DNA of 64,000 nt. Source: Escherichia phage HildyBeyeler. The position numbers were made by a program, and so were the translations under genes. The notes under the pieces were generated by a model that made no database searches, was not told the DNA's origin, and saw nothing but the letters and a program-made list of their open reading frames with translations. Positions 60,615 to 64,000 of this stretch are shown one piece after another; position 1 is the stretch's first letter; every line of letters starts with the position of its first letter. The stretch lies in the sequence record MZ501074. One strand, written 5' to 3'.

Positions 60615-60853
60615 TGTTTATTCTAGCGTTTTATTTGATTGTGGTAGGAGTTCTGGTTACTAAGTACCATACATGGGCACCAAAGAATGTAGCTAAGGTA
60701 GCACTATTTGTTATCCCAGTTCCACTTATTATACTTTCTATGTTACTGGTGATGTTAATCGGTAAAGTGACGAAGACCGATATTAAGCGCATTGCTGACG
60801 AATTGCAACAGTCCTGTGATATGATTGAGGATATTATTAAAGATGAAACTTAA
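60611..60853 (+). CDS. hypothetical membrane protein (80 aa)
   Basis: Two hydrophobic helices; coupled start. Confidence 0.45.
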   Translation: MMFILAFYLIVVGVLVTKYHTWAPKNVAKVALFVIPVPLIILSMLLVMLIGKVTKTDIKRIADELQQSCDMIEDIIKDET

Positions 60854-61169
60854 TTTCAATGAGTTAAATACCTTGCATGAGCTGTTACAGTTTGTAAATA
60901 ATAATATTAGTATTCCAGCTGACACACTAGAAGTTCTCACGGTAATCGAGAAAAAGGTAGGAATTGAAATTGAGGACTCTTGGAAACCACTTTCTGTATT
61001 AACGCCACTCAATATGAAAGTGATTGTTAAAAATATCAATACCGGAGAAGAACGTGAGATGGTTCGTACAGAACTGGCTGATAGTTACTCTCCAACGTCT
61101 GTAGTGATGCAACATGATGGTGTTTCTGAAGTTCTACAGACAGCTAATTACGTATGGCGTCTCCCATGA
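60843..61169 (+). CDS. hypothetical protein (~108 aa)
   Basis: ATG at 60843 overlaps the upstream stop; the track ORF began at 60825. Confidence 0.45.
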   Translation: MKLNFNELNTLHELLQFVNNNISIPADTLEVLTVIEKKVGIEIEDSWKPLSVLTPLNMKVIVKNINTGEEREMVRTELADSYSPTSVVMQHDGVSEVLQTANYVWRLP

Positions 61170-61268
61170 TTGATCTAGTACCAATTACTGCGGGACTAAT
61201 AGCACTATTAGTGCTCGCAGTTTTCATTATTGTGGAGCAGGCCAAAGTAATAAGGAGACTTAAAAACA

Positions 61269-61469
61269 ATGATAAAACGTCTTGTTTATCAGACACCAAA
61301 GATTGTAACTGAGTATTTTGTATTACTGCCTCAAATTGTATTTCTAACAGCATTATTTAATATACTTTTTCGACATCTAGGAATAACAGAAAATATATTC
61401 TATACTTCTGGGTTACTTCCTTTTATGTACGAAGGCATCATTATGGCGATTAACGGGGTTCGTAAATGA
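61269..61469 (+). CDS. hypothetical membrane protein (66 aa)
   Basis: GGAGA RBS. Confidence 0.4.
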   Translation: MIKRLVYQTPKIVTEYFVLLPQIVFLTALFNILFRHLGITENIFYTSGLLPFMYEGIIMAINGVRK

Positions 61470-61933
61470 CAGCGCTACAACAACTACAGAATTACTGGTT
61501 TGATAACCAATTTAACGATCTTTTCATCCAGTTGTTTGTCGAAACGAACGGACGCTTCAACTACCGATTCTTTAATAAGTTTCATGAAACAAAATTCTCA
61601 CATACAGAAATTAATGCAGCGATCCAAGACCTAACTGGTTCTAAAGTAATTCAATATCGCGAAGTAGACTTTACACCAGATTGTTTTGGGTTTGAATTGT
61701 TTAAGAAAGCATATAAGTTTGGTAAGTTTGAAGATGCTCGTCAATGGGTTCACGATTTTTGGTATAACACCGATATTGTTCCTAGTCGCGTGCTGATTCT
61801 TAACTGGATTGCTAAGCAACATCCACCTAAAATGCAATCATCCTTCTTACCGACTGCCACAGGAAACCTCTACCATGACAGAAAAGAAGAATCCATTATT
61901 GGAGCAGATGAAGGAGTGGGAGAGCAATATTGA
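61466..61933 (+). CDS. hypothetical protein (155 aa)
   Basis: ATGA coupling with the upstream gene. Confidence 0.5.
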   Translation: MTALQQLQNYWFDNQFNDLFIQLFVETNGRFNYRFFNKFHETKFSHTEINAAIQDLTGSKVIQYREVDFTPDCFGFELFKKAYKFGKFEDARQWVHDFWYNTDIVPSRVLILNWIAKQHPPKMQSSFLPTATGNLYHDRKEESIIGADEGVGEQY

Positions 61934-62246
61934 ATCTGGTCTAATAGACGGTGAAGATATTGTTAATTCCATGTTAGAAGTAACAGTAGATAATATTAAT
62001 CCTATTTTGGAGGGAGAAACCTCAGATCTTATAGGACTCTCTAGCACATTTGATTCTTTGGCTAAATTAGCTTTAGACGATGAAGAGATAACCAAAGAAG
62101 ATCTCGCTACAGCTATGAATATGGCTATTAATGCTTACATCGGTAAACGTACTGATGAACTTGGTAAACAGATCAAAAAGCGTGATGCTACGCTAGGTCT
62201 TATGGAAACGGCCACTATGTTACGAAGTGGTAAACAACTTCATTAA
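61875..62246 (+). CDS. hypothetical acidic protein (~123 aa; start uncertain, 61875 or 61908)
   Basis: Track ORF trimmed to the first in-frame ATG; terminator at 62256-62290. Confidence 0.4.
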   Translation: MTEKKNPLLEQMKEWESNIESGLIDGEDIVNSMLEVTVDNINPILEGETSDLIGLSSTFDSLAKLALDDEEITKEDLATAMNMAINAYIGKRTDELGKQIKKRDATLGLMETATMLRSGKQLH

Positions 62247-62255
62247 TTTTAGGGG

Positions 62256-62290
62256 GCCAGGGCTTAACTGTTCTGGCCTTTTATGTTTTC
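62256..62290 (+). terminator. intrinsic terminator
   Basis: GGCCAG...CTGGCC stem followed by TTTTATGTTTT. Confidence 0.65.
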
Positions 62291-62302
62291 AAGGAAATTC
62301 AA

Positions 62303-62506
62303 ATGCAAGTATATGTCCTTACTAGAGATATAAATGAGTATAATCAGGATGGTGAGTATTTTGTAAAAGTATTCGCTGAAAAGCCAAGTAAACAACAATT
62401 ATTAGATGTTGGAGTACCGGAAGACCAGGCTAAGTGTTTATTACAGGATAAAGAGTTTACTGGAGATGCTTACGAATGTTTCCACCTTAGCTGTGAGACT
62501 ATTTAG
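62303..62506 (+). CDS. hypothetical protein (67 aa)
   Basis: AAGGAAAT RBS. Confidence 0.45.
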   Translation: MQVYVLTRDINEYNQDGEYFVKVFAEKPSKQQLLDVGVPEDQAKCLLQDKEFTGDAYECFHLSCETI

Positions 62507-62507
62507 T

Positions 62508-62954
62508 ATGAGAGAAAAAGTAAATGAATTATTAATCGAGGAAGCTAACAACTTTCCAATAAATAGGTTCGTCAAATCAGATGGGTCTATTAATAGAACT
62601 AAGATTAAGCAGCTACACCCCGACTTCCAGCAAGAAGCGCTAAACCTTATCTTTATCAAGAAAGCCATTGCAGCTCACGGGGCTTTCTTTGGGTATGAGC
62701 GTGTAAATTATAAAACAATGCAGCAGCAAGTCGAGATCTATTGTCCAGACCATGATGGTTATTACTGGCAAACTGCTAGATCTCATTTAGAAGGGCATGG
62801 ATGTCGACTGTGCGCACACAAGGTTGTGCAGCGTGTCACGGATTATGGAACTTATACCGTACCAGCATGTTACCATAAATTTGTAATTGACGATAATCAC
62901 ATAGTTTGGTATAATAAGTTTTCAAAGTTAAGAATGGAGATAAGTAGTGAGTAG
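62508..62954 (+). CDS. hypothetical Cys/His-containing protein (~148 aa)
   Basis: Track ORF trimmed to the ATG at 62508, just after the upstream stop. Confidence 0.45.
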   Translation: MREKVNELLIEEANNFPINRFVKSDGSINRTKIKQLHPDFQQEALNLIFIKKAIAAHGAFFGYERVNYKTMQQQVEIYCPDHDGYYWQTARSHLEGHGCRLCAHKVVQRVTDYGTYTVPACYHKFVIDDNHIVWYNKFSKLRMEISSE

Positions 62955-63237
62955 CTATATTGTATGGTCAAACCCACTAGCAGCACTTAGTAACAAACTA
63001 TTTAAAACAACGTGGGGGTATAATGAAATAGACTTAGGTAGTCACCCAATACCAAACAAACATCCCTTAGTTCCAGAGCTGTATAGGGTAGTGATAAATG
63101 GCGCGGAGTATTTGGTTGATAAATTTGACAGAAAACGTTTACTAGAGGGTATCTACGATAATTCTACATCAATAAATGAATTAGTAGAACATGCCCAAAT
63201 ATATGATAAAAGCTGGATGTTAATATGGAGATCATAG
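62947..63237 (+). CDS. hypothetical protein (96 aa), GTG start
   Basis: GGAGA RBS before the GTG. Confidence 0.4.
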   Translation: MSSYIVWSNPLAALSNKLFKTTWGYNEIDLGSHPIPNKHPLVPELYRVVINGAEYLVDKFDRKRLLEGIYDNSTSINELVEHAQIYDKSWMLIWRS

Positions 63238-63449
63238 TAATTATTTTAGCAGTTATGTTGTTTATTGTAACATTTGTATCATTTGCTATTATGCGCAGAG
63301 CTAGAGAACTAGCGGAAGATATAACAAAATTACGTGGTGAGTTGGCTGCCCTTAAACTACAGCGCGAGGCTTTAAAGTTATTTGTGGTTCAAGTAGCGTG
63401 GAGCATACAACAGAAGACTTCATCACGTATCTCAAACATTACATGGTAA
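63225..63449 (+). CDS. hypothetical membrane protein (74 aa)
   Basis: N-terminal TM helix; coupled start. Confidence 0.45.
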   Translation: MEIIVIILAVMLFIVTFVSFAIMRRARELAEDITKLRGELAALKLQREALKLFVVQVAWSIQQKTSSRISNITW

Positions 63450-63456
63450 TTAAATA

Positions 63457-63642
63457 ATGGAAACTCTTTTTCTTTTAATGCTTGTAGGTTCCCTGCTAGT
63501 CATATTAGCACTTCTACTAATCTGCAATATTCTTAATAATAAGAATTTAGAGTTAAAGTGTGAGAACCAAATCCTTAATCGTGAACTTAAACAATATAAT
63601 CTAGCAGCTCATAAACTGCTAGACAAACTGGAGAATAAATAA
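63457..63642 (+). CDS. hypothetical membrane protein (61 aa)
   Basis: N-terminal TM helix. Confidence 0.45.
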   Translation: METLFLLMLVGSLLVILALLLICNILNNKNLELKCENQILNRELKQYNLAAHKLLDKLENK

Positions 63643-64000
63643 TGTTTACACAACAACCTATTCAAGTAGTACCAGATCATGAACTGAATACATGGGATTA
63701 TAGCTTTAAAGATTTAACTGCTACTGTACAATTCAAATCTATGAAGCTAACCTTTGCACACACTAATATTAAAGCATGTAAAGATTTTGAAGGTAGGCTC
63801 AACAACGCTCGTAAGATTTTTGGTACGGCTCGGATTCCAGCTGATAACCTTATTAACGCATTAATAGATGCGGGCTATAAACTCGTGAAGGCTGAGGTGA
63901 ACCGCCCTAGTACTCCAGTAACTGTTAGTGATCCGTGGCAGTCAGGGCCAATTATAAGGTGGAACAGTCCTAAAATAACGTCGGATTTGCACAATGTTCC
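63642..64000 (+). CDS. hypothetical protein, N-terminal part (gene runs past the window end)
   Basis: ATG at 63642 overlaps the upstream stop; frame is open to the window edge. Confidence 0.5.
   Translation, partial: MFTQQPIQVVPDHELNTWDYSFKDLTATVQFKSMKLTFAHTNIKACKDFEGRLNNARKIFGTARIPADNLINALIDAGYKLVKAEVNRPSTPVTVSDPWQSGPIIRWNSPKITSDLHNV

Overview
This window is a phage early-region segment that matches bacteriophage T5 or a very close relative. The call rests on gene content and on a 70-nt stretch at 13611-13680 (minus strand) that matches my memory of the T5 PN25 promoter; no database search was run. Positions 1-22.7 kb are transcribed on the minus strand and carry the replication module: SF2 helicase, family-A DNA polymerase (855 aa), DnaG-like primase, DnaB-like helicase, a two-gene NAD-dependent DNA ligase, a large origin-binding/helicase-like protein, a Sir2-like protein, a HAD-like phosphatase and anaerobic ribonucleotide reductase NrdD. 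From 22.9 kb onward genes run on the plus strand: PhoH-like ATPase, NrdA, NrdB, DHFR, thymidylate synthase, RNase H, a NADAR-domain protein, an SPFH-domain protein, then a tRNA cluster (36.2-47.7 kb) of about 25 hand-folded tRNAs interleaved with small ORFs. Downstream lie a GrcA-like glycyl-radical protein, dNMP kinase, a ClpP-like protease, holin, endolysin, phosphatases and many small hypothetical genes. Five HNH homing-endonuclease genes are scattered through the window. About 35 strong sigma70-type promoters of one family (TTGCT(A/T), 17-18 bp spacer, TATAAT, then an ATAAATTGAGAGG-like box) and about 10 intrinsic terminators are visible. The most unusual content is in the tRNA cluster: several promoter-proximal, ORF-free, hairpin-rich segments; oversized elements with tRNA-like termini; and tRNAs whose anticodon does not fit their structural class. 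All tRNA folds and anticodons were derived by eye and need tRNAscan-SE or covariance-model confirmation. CDS coordinates come from the ORF track, with starts adjusted where an RBS supports a different start codon.
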